64,000 bases of DNA from the IMG/VR virus record IMGVR_UViG_3300025941_000015, positions 32,001 through 96,000 of that record; one strand, written 5' to 3'. Shown here in pieces: positions 51,622-61,750 of the stretch (position 1 is its first letter; each line of letters starts with the position of its first letter). Position numbers and translations under genes: made by a program. The notes beneath the pieces were generated by a model. It did no database searches. It worked only from the letters and a program-made list of their open reading frames with translations, and had not been told where the DNA came from. Source of the stretch: a virus.

Positions 51622-52375
51622 ATGGCCCTGCTCGACAACATCCTCGTCATCGGGGCCACCCCCATGAGGACGGCGATCACGCACATCGCTCTGTCCACGG
51701 CGGACCCCGGTACGACCACCGGCATCAACCAGTCGTCAGCAGCGCGCCAGGCGGCGAACTGGGCAACGGTCACGACCGGTGGCGACTTCTCCCTGACGTC
51801 GGCGCTCAACTTCACTGGCGGTGCGCTCGGCGGCCCGGTCCACTCGGCCTGCTTCTGGTCGGCGCTCACGGCGGGCACGTTCTACGGCTCGCAGCCGCTG
51901 ACAGGCGACCTCTTCTTCAACGGTGCTGGCGAGTACACGATCACTGCTCTGACCGTCAACGGCTCCTCGACGTAAGGCGTAGGCCGTGGCCCTCGGACTC
52001 TCAGTAGCAACAGCGAATGGGTTGCTCAACGCCCTGTGCCGCGGCACGAGCTACGTCAACTCGGGAGGCATCTGGATCCAACTGCATATCGCCGACCCTG
52101 GAGCTGCAGGAACGGCGAGCATCGCGACAGAGACACGCCGGATGCAGGCAACGATGGGGACGAACGCTGCGAGCGGTCTGATCTCCAACACGGCTGCTGT
52201 GACGTGGTCGACGATCGTCGGTTCGCAGGATGCAAGCCACTACTCGATGTGGGATGCCTCGACGGCCGGTACCTTCCTCGGCTCGGGCCTCATCAACGCC
52301 AACTCGTACATCGCTGGTGACACCTACAACATGGCGATCGGGGCAGTCGTTCTCGGTTTCGGGCTCGCTGCGTAA
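51622..52375 (+). other. two paralogous small fibre-associated genes (51622-51975, 51986-52375)
   Basis: Shared L(S/H).ADPG..G...W.A.TAGTF motif. Confidence 0.65.
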
Positions 52376-52387
52376 CGGGAGCCTCTC

Positions 52388-55300
52388 ATGGCTACCTACG
52401 TCGGGGCAGGAACACCAGGCACCACTACGGCAGGAACACCTGCCGGTGTTGCCGTTGGCGACTACGTAGGCGTCTTCGCCTACCGCAACGCTGGTACCGC
52501 CCCGACCCTCCCGGCAGGGTGGACGCTCTGCATCAGCAACAACACCAACCCCGCCAGCGTCGCAGCGTTCCGCGAGTGGGACGGCGTCTGGACGATGGCG
52601 TCGGCGGTGTTCACCAACGCCAACAGGTGTGTCTCCTTCGCCGTGCGCGCTGCATCGGGCAAAGAGATAGCGATCGGCTACGCCGACGACACGGCGCGCA
52701 ACAACTCCAATGTCGTGTGGCCGACAATGGCGCTGCACGTCACGGATGGCTCGTCGGTCATCATCCGCGGTGTAGCGCACACCCGGCCCGACTCCACGAT
52801 CCCGACGCCGACCAACCACACGCTGATCGACTCGAACGGCACGCAGCCCGGCTACGGCACGTACCGCAAGAACTCCTCGACCGACGGCAACACCGTCACG
52901 GTGACGATCAGCCGCTCGACCACAATGACCTTGCCGCAGGTCGAGTACAAGGACGTGATCCCGGTTGCTGTCACGCAGGCGGCGTACCAGTGGTTCAGCG
53001 AGGGAACCGAGAGCGGGGCGGCGGCGCTGGCATCACAGGACACCAAGTACGTCGGCAACATCGCCACTGACGACGTCGAGGTCGGGCTGCGGATACGGCT
53101 CCAGAACGCTGGTGGTGGCGCACCCACACTGGCGACCGACGACTGGCAGCTTCAGGTCGCGAAGAACGGTGGAGCGTGGTCGAACGTTACGGTCGGGGCT
53201 TCGATCGTTTACGCCGAGACGAATGTCAGTGTTGACTCGATCATGCTCCCAAGTTCTGGCGCCAATGCTCTGGGTCAGTCGTTCCAGGGCAACGGTGGTC
53301 TGCTGTGGCGATTCGGTGCCTGGATGCACAAAGGTAGTCAGATCTCTGACACCGTCGTTGCCACCCTGTACTCCCACACGGGAACGTTCGGCTCGACGGG
53401 GGTTCCTGGGACGGTGCTGGCCACTTCAGCACCGTTGTCTGTCAGTGACATACCTAGCTCCTATGGCTGGGTGTACTTCACCTTCGATCAGACGTTCACA
53501 CTGACGAACGGCACCCCGTACTTCATCGGTGTGTCATGCACCGACGGTCCCGTTTACTGGGGGTTTGATAACACCGCTTCTACAGCTCCAGGCAACGCTG
53601 CATCTCGTTCTGGAACAACTTGGTCCCTGGATTCCACTGGGGACTACGTTTACCAAGTCTTCACTGGCTCGTCCGCTCCCGTTATCGGGTATGCCTGCCC
53701 CAACACCGTTGATGGTGGAGCGACGACCAACCGGCTGACCGGCGGCTCCGGCACGTTCGTTGCGGGCAAGGTGTCCGAGGACGGCTTGGTCGACGACCTC
53801 GGCTGGTCGGGTAACAACTACACCGAAGTGCTCTACGAATTGGTGGCCTTGAAGGCCAATCTCGCCAGCCAGGACATCTTGACCTTCCGCGTCCTCCGCA
53901 ACGGTGGTACGTCGGACATGACGTACGAGGCGTTGATATCCGGCTACGACGAGACCAACGCTGCTGCGGGGGGAACGTCGGTTAGCCCCGGCCAGAGGGG
54001 GGCGCAGTCTTTCCTTGGTGACGGTAGGAACCTGACGAAAGCCGGGTTCTACCTCAAGAAGTTCGGTGCTCCTACCGGCAATATGGTGGCGGAGTTGTTC
54101 GCCCACACTGGCACGTTCGGGTCGAATGGTGTGCCGACCGGAACGGCGTTGGCGACATCTGCACCAATCGACATGTCCACGCTTTCAACTGCGTATGGCT
54201 GGTTTGACTTCACGTTTACTCCACCCGTTCCGTTGACGAATGGAACTCCTTACTTCATTGCCTTCAGTAACATCGGCACTGGCGACGGTGGCAACGCCCC
54301 GATCTTCGGCCAAGACTCGACTTCCCCGACTGCCCCTGGAAACGCTGCGTCGTACTTCTCAGGTAGTTGGAGCGGTACTCCACCAGCATACGAAGTGGTC
54401 TACCGGGTCAAGACGGAGGCCACCCCGACCTTGGAGATCACGGTCGGATCTGTCCAGCGTGAAGCGACGATCTCAACGCTGTTCACGTTCACCGCTACCG
54501 CCGTTGTCCACATGGACGTACAGGCGGCGATCTCATCGACGTTCACGTTCACCGCCACGGCGATAGCCGGTCCTCCGATCGCTCAGTTGTTCTTCGGTGG
54601 ACCGTTCGCCAACCCTCCCATCTCTGCTGGTCTCCACAGGGCGACCAACAGCGCCAAGCTGAACGGGCAGGCGTTGGGATGGATACCGATTGGCGCTTCT
54701 CCGTACCGAACAACAACAGGTTCGCAGGCAACGCTTCAACCAAGCTCTGTCGCCGGTCCGACCAATGGCATTGAGGTGATCCAATCAGGTAACCCGGTGG
54801 AATGGATCTCCCCTCCCCTCGACAGGAACGTGACGATCTCGGGAACGATCTCAGCGCAACTGTGGGACAGCTCCTCCGCAGGAACCAACGCTGCCATCAA
54901 CGTGATCGTCGAACGTCTCGACAGCAAGATGCTCGTCGTCTCAACGGTAGGTCGATCCAACAACACAGTTGCGGCTGATGTCAGCACTAAGCGGAACATG
55001 TCCTTCACGCCGACCAGCACGAACATGCTCAAGGGTGATCGGTTCCGTATTCGTGCCTTCTTCGATGATGCACCGACGATGGCTGTCGGAGGCGGCACGA
55101 TGTCGTTCCTCGTGGGAGCGTTGGTCGAGGACGCCGTTGGCGACTGTTGGATCAAGTTCACAGAGTTGTTCTCGTTCCAATCGACTACGCCAGCCGGAAC
55201 CGTTCTCTACCTCACCGATACCCAGAGCGACATGGACGCCGGGGTCAAGGCCGAGAAGGTGATGTGGACCGACCGGGGAACGGTGTCTACCTCTGGCACC

Positions 55301-58300
55301 TACACCATCCCCGCCACAGCCTGGGCCGTACCAGCTCAGTTCGTCAACGTGGGTGCTCTTGAGTGGTACTCCAAGCCTCTCGCCGGGTTCACGCTGGACG
55401 GGCTCGTCGAGCTGAACATGCGTATCTCCGGTACGGGGTCGCTGGACTTTGGTGTGAGGGCCGAACTCGACATTGTCGACCAACAGAACTTCCTGATGAC
55501 CAACTGGGCCGCAGGAAGCATGATCAACAGCACTGCGCCAATAGGTGTCGTGGTTGCGGGGTCGGACAACCTGGGTGGCAACCCGATCACACAGACGCAA
55601 TGGAAGTCGTGGCTGTCCGGTCCTACCTTCGTGGTCGATCCGCAATGGCGGATTCGCCTCAGGATGTACGTCTCCAACCAGGCCCAACAGCAGCAGTTCA
55701 CCGGCACGACCGCCTCCCTTCACTACAACGGGCCCACTCCGGGTGCGAGCGGTGATGCGTGGATTCAACTCCCTCAGGCCATCAGTGAGTTCTCCACGGG
55801 CCCGGCGACTCGTGAGGCGACGATCGCCACAACGTTCTTGTTCACAGGGACCGCAGCGGCTGTCAGGACGCTCCCGGCCACCATCGCCGCCTCCTACACC
55901 TTCACGGCGACGGCTACAGCGGGGCCCTTGCCGACGCTGGGCAATGCGACCGCCGCCCACGTGTGGAACATCTCCCCGATCCAGGGCAGGCGGCCGATGG
56001 GCGGTCTGGCCACGTCCGCACACCTGTGGACGATCAGCCCCCTGACCAGCAAGAAGATCATGAAGGGGCAGGCGACCTCTGCCCACCTGTGGACGCTCGC
56101 GGTCACCAGCAAGCGCATCATGAAGAGCCAGGTGACCGCAGCCCATCTGTGGAATGTCGCCCCGGCAACAGGCACCGCACCAGTCCTCCCGGTCAAGCAG
56201 GGGTCCGCCACCGCCTCGTGGACAGCGACGCTGACGGCAACTGGCAAGAAGATCCAGAAGGGCACAGCCACTACCTCCTGGCGGGCGGTAGTTGGCTACT
56301 TCGTCGAAGACGAGTTCAACGGTGCTGTAGACACCACGCTCTCCTCGCTGGGGTACTTGACCATGTACGGCGGCACGCTCTACCTCGACGGCAGCGGCAG
56401 CGCCTACACGAAGGGAGGCTTGGGAGGCAACACCAACCCCAACGCTGTTCCTAACAACTCGTGGATGGAGACCACCTTCCGGCTCGACGACACATCCAGC
56501 TACAGCATCAGCCTGCTGTTCAGGCTGCCGACGGCATCGGCAGCCAACGGTGTTGACACCGGGTACGCCGTCACGATCACCGAGCTGGGCATCGGTGTCA
56601 ACCGCCTCGGTGCGAGCAAGTCGAGCGTTGCACAGACGCTGGTGAACACCAAGGACTACGTCATACGGGCCGACTGGGTGGGGGCCAACATCACGGTCAC
56701 CCTGGACGGCACTGGGATCATCAACTGGACCGACCCCGCCCCGCTCGTCGGCACCTACATCGGGCTCTACCTCGACAACAACTATGGCGGAACGTCCGAC
56801 CGTCTTCGGTACCTTCGTGCAGGCACTGCTGCCGTCGGCAAGACCCCGATCACAGCGCCGGGCGCAGGGTCGGCCACAGCGACACACACGTGGAACGTCA
56901 CCCCGGCTCAGGGCAAGAGGATCACCAAGACCGCTCAGGTCACCGCTGCTCATCTGTGGACGATCGCTCCTGCCACGGGCAAGAAGATCCCCGTAACGCT
57001 CCAGGTCACTGCGACGCACCTCTGGACGATCGCACCTGCAACGGGTGTGATGCCGGTCCTGGGGGTGAAGCAGGGCACCTCTGTTGCATCGTGGACAGCG
57101 ACCGTTGCGCCCGCCACCGGCAAGCGCATCACCAAGACGACGTCCATGGCGGCCGCTCACGTCTGGACGGTGGCTCCGTCGACCGGCAAGAAGATCATGA
57201 AGGCGCTGGCGGCAGCCGCCGCCCACACCTGGACGATCGGCCCGGTCACAGGTAAGCGCATCATGAAGAGCGCCATCACGGCGGCTCACCTTTGGACGAT
57301 CGCTCCGACCACCGGCAGGCGCGTCACCTACGGCCAGGCAACAGCGACCCATCTCTGGAACACCTTCCCAGCCTCCGGCATCTTCCCCATCGTCGGAGTG
57401 AAGCAGGGCACTGCCCTTGCCCGACACGACTGGACGACCTCCCCGGCCACCGGTAAGAAGTTCCCGCAGTCCCAGGTCACCGCCGCACACACGTGGACGA
57501 TCGCACCGTCCACCGGTCAGAAGATCATGCGGGGCCAGGCCACCGCTGCGCACACCTGGACGGTCTCCCCGTCCACCGGCAAGCGCATCATGAAGAGCGC
57601 CATCACGGCGGCCCACCTCTGGAACCCTGTTGCCACCGGCAAGCGCATCATGCGCGCCGCCGCAACGGCTGCACATCTGTGGAACACCTTCCCGTCGACC
57701 GGCGTCATGCCCATCCTCGGGCTGAAGCAAGGCACAGCGGCCGCCCGACACGACTGGTCGACGACAGCCACCGGCAAGAAGGTGATGAGCGGCAGTGCCA
57801 CTGCGGCCCACGTCTGGACGTTGGTCGTCACCAGCAAGCGGTTCATGAAGGGGGCCGCCACCGCTGCCCACGTCTGGAACGTCTCGCCGAGCACCGGCTC
57901 GAAGCCGCTGCGTGGCCAGACCACGGCGGCCCACCTCTGGACCCTCACCGCTCAGGGCATCAGGCCCGTCATCGGTGCCAAGCAGGGATCGGCGATCGCC
58001 TCCCACACATGGACCGTCGCTCCCATCACGGGCAAGCGCATCATGCGTGGTCCGGCGACGGCCGCTGCACACGTCTGGACGGCGAGCCCTGTCACTGGCA
58101 AGAAGATCATGCGGGGAGTGGCGGCGACGTCCACACACCTGTGGGTTGTCGGCCCGGCCACCGGCAAGAAGATCATGGGCGGCAGCGCTGCTGTCACTCA
58201 TCTGTGGTCGGTCAGTCCCTCGACGGGCCGCAGGCAGACGGTCGGTCTGGCGACAGCCGTCCACGTCTGGCGTCCGACGGCGGAAGGCTTCCGGTTCACC

Positions 58301-58459
58301 AGAGGCACCGCAGTTGTCTTCTTCAAGTTCAAGCCCGACATCGCCAGAGGCTCACCAGGCGTCGTCGGCGTCGTCCAGGGGATCTGGGACGGCTACCCCG
58401 TTGTGGCGATGCAGTACGGCGACAAGCCGATCTTCGAGATCCTGATGGTCGAGGCATAG
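52388..58459 (+). CDS. giant fibre / receptor-binding-like virion protein (2023 aa)
   Basis: Thr/Gly/Trp-rich beta domains, an internal duplication and C-terminal tandem repeats. Confidence 0.75.
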   Translation: MATYVGAGTPGTTTAGTPAGVAVGDYVGVFAYRNAGTAPTLPAGWTLCISNNTNPASVAAFREWDGVWTMASAVFTNANRCVSFAVRAASGKEIAIGYADDTARNNSNVVWPTMALHVTDGSSVIIRGVAHTRPDSTIPTPTNHTLIDSNGTQPGYGTYRKNSSTDGNTVTVTISRSTTMTLPQVEYKDVIPVAVTQAAYQWFSEGTESGAAALASQDTKYVGNIATDDVEVGLRIRLQNAGGGAPTLATDDWQLQVAKNGGAWSNVTVGASIVYAETNVSVDSIMLPSSGANALGQSFQGNGGLLWRFGAWMHKGSQISDTVVATLYSHTGTFGSTGVPGTVLATSAPLSVSDIPSSYGWVYFTFDQTFTLTNGTPYFIGVSCTDGPVYWGFDNTASTAPGNAASRSGTTWSLDSTGDYVYQVFTGSSAPVIGYACPNTVDGGATTNRLTGGSGTFVAGKVSEDGLVDDLGWSGNNYTEVLYELVALKANLASQDILTFRVLRNGGTSDMTYEALISGYDETNAAAGGTSVSPGQRGAQSFLGDGRNLTKAGFYLKKFGAPTGNMVAELFAHTGTFGSNGVPTGTALATSAPIDMSTLSTAYGWFDFTFTPPVPLTNGTPYFIAFSNIGTGDGGNAPIFGQDSTSPTAPGNAASYFSGSWSGTPPAYEVVYRVKTEATPTLEITVGSVQREATISTLFTFTATAVVHMDVQAAISSTFTFTATAIAGPPIAQLFFGGPFANPPISAGLHRATNSAKLNGQALGWIPIGASPYRTTTGSQATLQPSSVAGPTNGIEVIQSGNPVEWISPPLDRNVTISGTISAQLWDSSSAGTNAAINVIVERLDSKMLVVSTVGRSNNTVAADVSTKRNMSFTPTSTNMLKGDRFRIRAFFDDAPTMAVGGGTMSFLVGALVEDAVGDCWIKFTELFSFQSTTPAGTVLYLTDTQSDMDAGVKAEKVMWTDRGTVSTSGTYTIPATAWAVPAQFVNVGALEWYSKPLAGFTLDGLVELNMRISGTGSLDFGVRAELDIVDQQNFLMTNWAAGSMINSTAPIGVVVAGSDNLGGNPITQTQWKSWLSGPTFVVDPQWRIRLRMYVSNQAQQQQFTGTTASLHYNGPTPGASGDAWIQLPQAISEFSTGPATREATIATTFLFTGTAAAVRTLPATIAASYTFTATATAGPLPTLGNATAAHVWNISPIQGRRPMGGLATSAHLWTISPLTSKKIMKGQATSAHLWTLAVTSKRIMKSQVTAAHLWNVAPATGTAPVLPVKQGSATASWTATLTATGKKIQKGTATTSWRAVVGYFVEDEFNGAVDTTLSSLGYLTMYGGTLYLDGSGSAYTKGGLGGNTNPNAVPNNSWMETTFRLDDTSSYSISLLFRLPTASAANGVDTGYAVTITELGIGVNRLGASKSSVAQTLVNTKDYVIRADWVGANITVTLDGTGIINWTDPAPLVGTYIGLYLDNNYGGTSDRLRYLRAGTAAVGKTPITAPGAGSATATHTWNVTPAQGKRITKTAQVTAAHLWTIAPATGKKIPVTLQVTATHLWTIAPATGVMPVLGVKQGTSVASWTATVAPATGKRITKTTSMAAAHVWTVAPSTGKKIMKALAAAAAHTWTIGPVTGKRIMKSAITAAHLWTIAPTTGRRVTYGQATATHLWNTFPASGIFPIVGVKQGTALARHDWTTSPATGKKFPQSQVTAAHTWTIAPSTGQKIMRGQATAAHTWTVSPSTGKRIMKSAITAAHLWNPVATGKRIMRAAATAAHLWNTFPSTGVMPILGLKQGTAAARHDWSTTATGKKVMSGSATAAHVWTLVVTSKRFMKGAATAAHVWNVSPSTGSKPLRGQTTAAHLWTLTAQGIRPVIGAKQGSAIASHTWTVAPITGKRIMRGPATAAAHVWTASPVTGKKIMRGVAATSTHLWVVGPATGKKIMGGSAAVTHLWSVSPSTGRRQTVGLATAVHVWRPTAEGFRFTRGTAVVFFKFKPDIARGSPGVVGVVQGIWDGYPVVAMQYGDKPIFEILMVEA
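55940..58290 (+). repeat. about 28 tandem ~20-aa repeats ATAAH(L/V/T)WT.SP.TGK(K/R)IM
   Basis: 25 HxW units plus 3 SW variants counted in the translation. Confidence 0.9.
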
Positions 58460-58502
58460 GGCGGGGCCAGAGCGCGGCCCAGGTGGCAGCTACTCTGTGG
58501 AA

Positions 58503-59345
58503 GTGGCAACCATCGAGAGCGTCATGGCGGGAGCCCGCAAGTACATGCGGGACTTCCCCCGGTACTTCACCGCCTCGGTGGGTGTCGTTGGCACCCCCAG
58601 GCTCCTCAAGCTCCCGCACCCCAACGTGGTGCCGCAGGAGCTGTCCGTGGAGGCCATCGGCCCGACGTCGTACTGCACGGGGCTGCTGGCGTTGACGGGC
58701 GTCTCGTCGGCTGAAGGTGTGTTCGTCTACACGCTCGACGTGCGCGAGGGCCTCATCAAGATCCTGAACCCGCCCACCAACGGGTGGGGCGACGCCACGA
58801 ACTTCAACATGGACGGCTACTACTTCCCGTGGGTCAGCCCTGGCGACATGCAGTTCTACGCCGAGGTGCTCATCACCGAGCACGGCACTCAGCGGCCCGA
58901 GTTCGATCTCGACGAGGTGTCAGACGCCGAGGAAGACCTCATGCAGCTCGGTACGGCCATCGAGGCGTGCTGGGCCCTGCTGTTCCAGTACTCGCGGGAC
59001 ATCGACGTCAGCACCCCTGAGGCGATCGGTCTGCCCCTTACACAGCGCTTCCGGCAGCTCGAAGACCTCCTCATGCACCTGAGCGAGAAGTACAAGACCA
59101 AGGCCAACATGCTCGGCGTCGGTCTGGAGCGCGTCACGGTCGGCATGCTGCGGCGCACGAGCTACACCACCAACCGTCTCGTGCCGGTGTACCAGCCTCG
59201 CGAGTGGGACGACGGCTCGCCGCCGAAGCGGCTCTTCCCGCCCATCGATCAGAACGCACCGTCGACACCTCCACCCGGCTTCCAACCTGCGGCCGTGGTC
59301 ACGGGCTACTACGAGGAGATCCACGCCTACACCGGAGAAGGCTGA
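58503..59345 (+). CDS. putative neck / head-tail adaptor protein
   Basis: Structural-gene context; DIDVSTPE...QRFRQL pattern. Confidence 0.5.
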   Translation: MATIESVMAGARKYMRDFPRYFTASVGVVGTPRLLKLPHPNVVPQELSVEAIGPTSYCTGLLALTGVSSAEGVFVYTLDVREGLIKILNPPTNGWGDATNFNMDGYYFPWVSPGDMQFYAEVLITEHGTQRPEFDLDEVSDAEEDLMQLGTAIEACWALLFQYSRDIDVSTPEAIGLPLTQRFRQLEDLLMHLSEKYKTKANMLGVGLERVTVGMLRRTSYTTNRLVPVYQPREWDDGSPPKRLFPPIDQNAPSTPPPGFQPAAVVTGYYEEIHAYTGEG

Positions 59346-59854
59346 TGGTGAGCTTCAACGATGTCGAGTTCGGGTCGTTCGGCGATCACCGGGACCAGTA
59401 CCGCGGCACGGACCAGCCGTACGTGCGCCAGGAGATGTACCAGCCGAAGGGCAGCAAGAACCGCTTCGCTCTGACCGAGAGCAACGGCAACGTCACGGCG
59501 CATCGGATCGGCAAGCCCGACTCCGTCCTACCCGGTGGTCGACCGGCCAAGCAGCTCGCTGGTGCCATCTCGGTGTGGGGTGGTGGCACCGGCTCGCCGG
59601 AGGGTCACAAGGAGATCCTGCGGGCCGATGTGCGGGAGGGCTTCCGCGGCACGGGTCTGAGCAGGGCGATGCTGCAGATGGTGGCCGACCGTCACCCCGA
59701 TGTCTCTCATAGCCCGGCGCTCACGCCGCAGGGCGCCCGCTTCGCCGCCCGCAACCCGCTCCCCGGCGACACCGAGGCCACGAAGGCGACGCAGAAGCGC
59801 AGCATCACCGCTGACGTCGCCACCACACTGCTCGGCGGGCCGAGGAGGGTCTGA
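59345..59854 (+). CDS. GNAT-like acetyltransferase
   Basis: EILRADVREGFRGTGLSRAML...HSPALTPQGARFA. Confidence 0.65.
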   Translation: MVSFNDVEFGSFGDHRDQYRGTDQPYVRQEMYQPKGSKNRFALTESNGNVTAHRIGKPDSVLPGGRPAKQLAGAISVWGGGTGSPEGHKEILRADVREGFRGTGLSRAMLQMVADRHPDVSHSPALTPQGARFAARNPLPGDTEATKATQKRSITADVATTLLGGPRRV

Positions 59855-60294
59855 TGCCTGCCAGCGACCACGTGAACCGGACGGAGTTCACCACCATCTT
59901 CCACCCGGCGAACCCGAAGGAGATGGGGGGCCTCTCCTCACACACACTGGAGGCGTGGTCTCCCGAGCACGCTGACACGCCGTGGGCGAGGGAGCACCCC
60001 AGCTCTCGCGTGACCTGGGTCGGGACCGACGTCGACCCTGGCATCAAGCCGATCGCCTCGATGGGATGGCACCACAAGACCGGTGAGATCAGGGGCGTCT
60101 TCACACAGGAAGAGCACCAGCGTCAGGGCATCGCCTCGGCACTGTTCCATGAGGGCAGCTCGATCCCCGGCACCCCGACCCCCAAGCACTCCCCAGACCG
60201 GACACGAGCCGGTGACGCATGGGCGAGGGCCGTCGGAGGGCGGGTTCCGCGTCATACCCGAGGTGACAACCCGTACCCACCGAGGGAGACGTAG
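59854..60294 (+). CDS. GNAT-like acetyltransferase
   Basis: GEIRGVFTQEEHQRQGIASALF...HSPDRTRAGDAWA. Confidence 0.7.
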   Translation: MPASDHVNRTEFTTIFHPANPKEMGGLSSHTLEAWSPEHADTPWAREHPSSRVTWVGTDVDPGIKPIASMGWHHKTGEIRGVFTQEEHQRQGIASALFHEGSSIPGTPTPKHSPDRTRAGDAWARAVGGRVPRHTRGDNPYPPRET

Positions 60295-60296
60295 TC

Positions 60297-61247
60297 ATGG
60301 TTCGTGTATCTGATCTCGGCCCACAGTGGAGTGACTCCTTCGGGCCCGAGCCGGTCGTGGCGAAGGCCACAATGGATGTGAACAGCGGTCGCACCCCGAA
60401 GCAGGCCAACGTGTGGCGTGGTGAGACGAGGAAGATCTACCCGACCCCCGAGTACCCCGACCCGGCCAAGGCGTCGCGGGAAGACCCTGCTGGTCTGATC
60501 GAGCACTGGACTTCGGGGAGCCACCCCTACCCAGCCGACTCGGGCTACGGGACGTACAGAACCAACGACAAGGGAGAGAGCGTCTTCGGACCGGTCAACG
60601 AGGTGACCAGTGGTGTTCACTGGACGGAGTCGCCGCAGTCCATCCCCGAACGGTTCACCGAGAGCACCTTCAAGGCTCTTCAGCACGGCACGAAGATGAG
60701 TGCCAACGAGGCGCGGATGATCAAGGAGGACGAGCGGATAGACGCTCTCACCTTCGGGCCCGACCGCAAGCCCTGGAGGGACGAATGGACACCGGAGGAA
60801 ACGGCTCTGGAGACGAAGGTGGAGCGGCGCAAGAACCAAGGGAAGCAGCCCTTTCGAGATCTCGGCCACCGTGCGGAGATGGGTGGAGGTTCAACGGAGC
60901 CGTACAACATGGGTGTGATCTGGCACGGCAAGATCGACGCCCGTCACATCGATCACAACAACCCGACGACGGACTTCGAGGACGAGGTGAACCTTCGGAT
61001 GGACTCGAACGCTCCGCCCGTTCCGGTCCACGCCATGCAGATCAACGTCCCTGAATCAGGATCCCAGGGGTTCCCTGAGGCGGGAGTGACGCACGACATC
61101 GTCCGCCGGGCAGGGAAGAGTGGCGCGGATGCCGATCCCTACCAGGCGGTGCTACCTCACTCCCTGGTCCCTTGGAGCACGGTGCAGTTCCCCCCTGGCC
61201 AGGAGAAGCAGATCCCCATTCGGGATGGCAGGCGGTCGAACCTCTGA
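60297..61247 (+). CDS. putative ADP-ribosyltransferase-fold protein (R-S-E-like)
   Basis: VWRG...GVHWT...VIWHGKI...EDEVNL. Confidence 0.5.
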   Translation: MVRVSDLGPQWSDSFGPEPVVAKATMDVNSGRTPKQANVWRGETRKIYPTPEYPDPAKASREDPAGLIEHWTSGSHPYPADSGYGTYRTNDKGESVFGPVNEVTSGVHWTESPQSIPERFTESTFKALQHGTKMSANEARMIKEDERIDALTFGPDRKPWRDEWTPEETALETKVERRKNQGKQPFRDLGHRAEMGGGSTEPYNMGVIWHGKIDARHIDHNNPTTDFEDEVNLRMDSNAPPVPVHAMQINVPESGSQGFPEAGVTHDIVRRAGKSGADADPYQAVLPHSLVPWSTVQFPPGQEKQIPIRDGRRSNL

Positions 61248-61750
61248 TGGTCGCGCTCGGTGCTCAGTTCAACGACTCCTTCGGAGCGGAGCCGGTCCGC
61301 TCCAACGCGATCGCCGCCATCAACACCGGGCGTGATCCTCGACGGCCCGGTGGCGTTCTCACCAGGGATGCGGTCAAGACGATCTATCGAGCCACCAACA
61401 TCCGATCGTGGCCCCTGAAGGATCACCCCGAGTACGAGGGGAACGACTACAAGGGCACCCCGTCGCCAGGGTTCCCCGACACCAACACGATGGACTCCGT
61501 CCGCCACGACGAGCCTCTGCACACCAGCCAGGCTCACCTCCACGGGCCGACGTTGGAGCGGTACATGCACGAGGGTGCACCGGAGACGGAGTTCGTCAAC
61601 GGTGAGGAGGACTGGGAGGTGCCGTACTCTCCCGACGTGACAGAGGATCGCCACGGCAACACCTGGATCAACGAGGGCCACCACCGGATGGTCGCTTCCC
61701 GTCTTCGCGGTGACTACAGCACCGATGTGTACAAGGGATACCGAGACTGA
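61247..61750 (+). CDS. ParB/Srx-like domain protein
   Basis: LHTSQAHL...P.V.....WINEGHHRMVASRLRG. Confidence 0.65.
   Translation: MVALGAQFNDSFGAEPVRSNAIAAINTGRDPRRPGGVLTRDAVKTIYRATNIRSWPLKDHPEYEGNDYKGTPSPGFPDTNTMDSVRHDEPLHTSQAHLHGPTLERYMHEGAPETEFVNGEEDWEVPYSPDVTEDRHGNTWINEGHHRMVASRLRGDYSTDVYKGYRD

Noticed and set aside
3678-58264. Long minus-strand ORFs (e.g. 3678-5504, 32511-34622, 54941-58264)
   Set aside because: They are antisense shadows of real high-GC + strand genes and have no motifs or expression signals.
52388-58459. Diversity-generating retroelement acting on the fibre
   Set aside because: No reverse transcriptase in the window, and the duplicated segments do not differ only at adenines.
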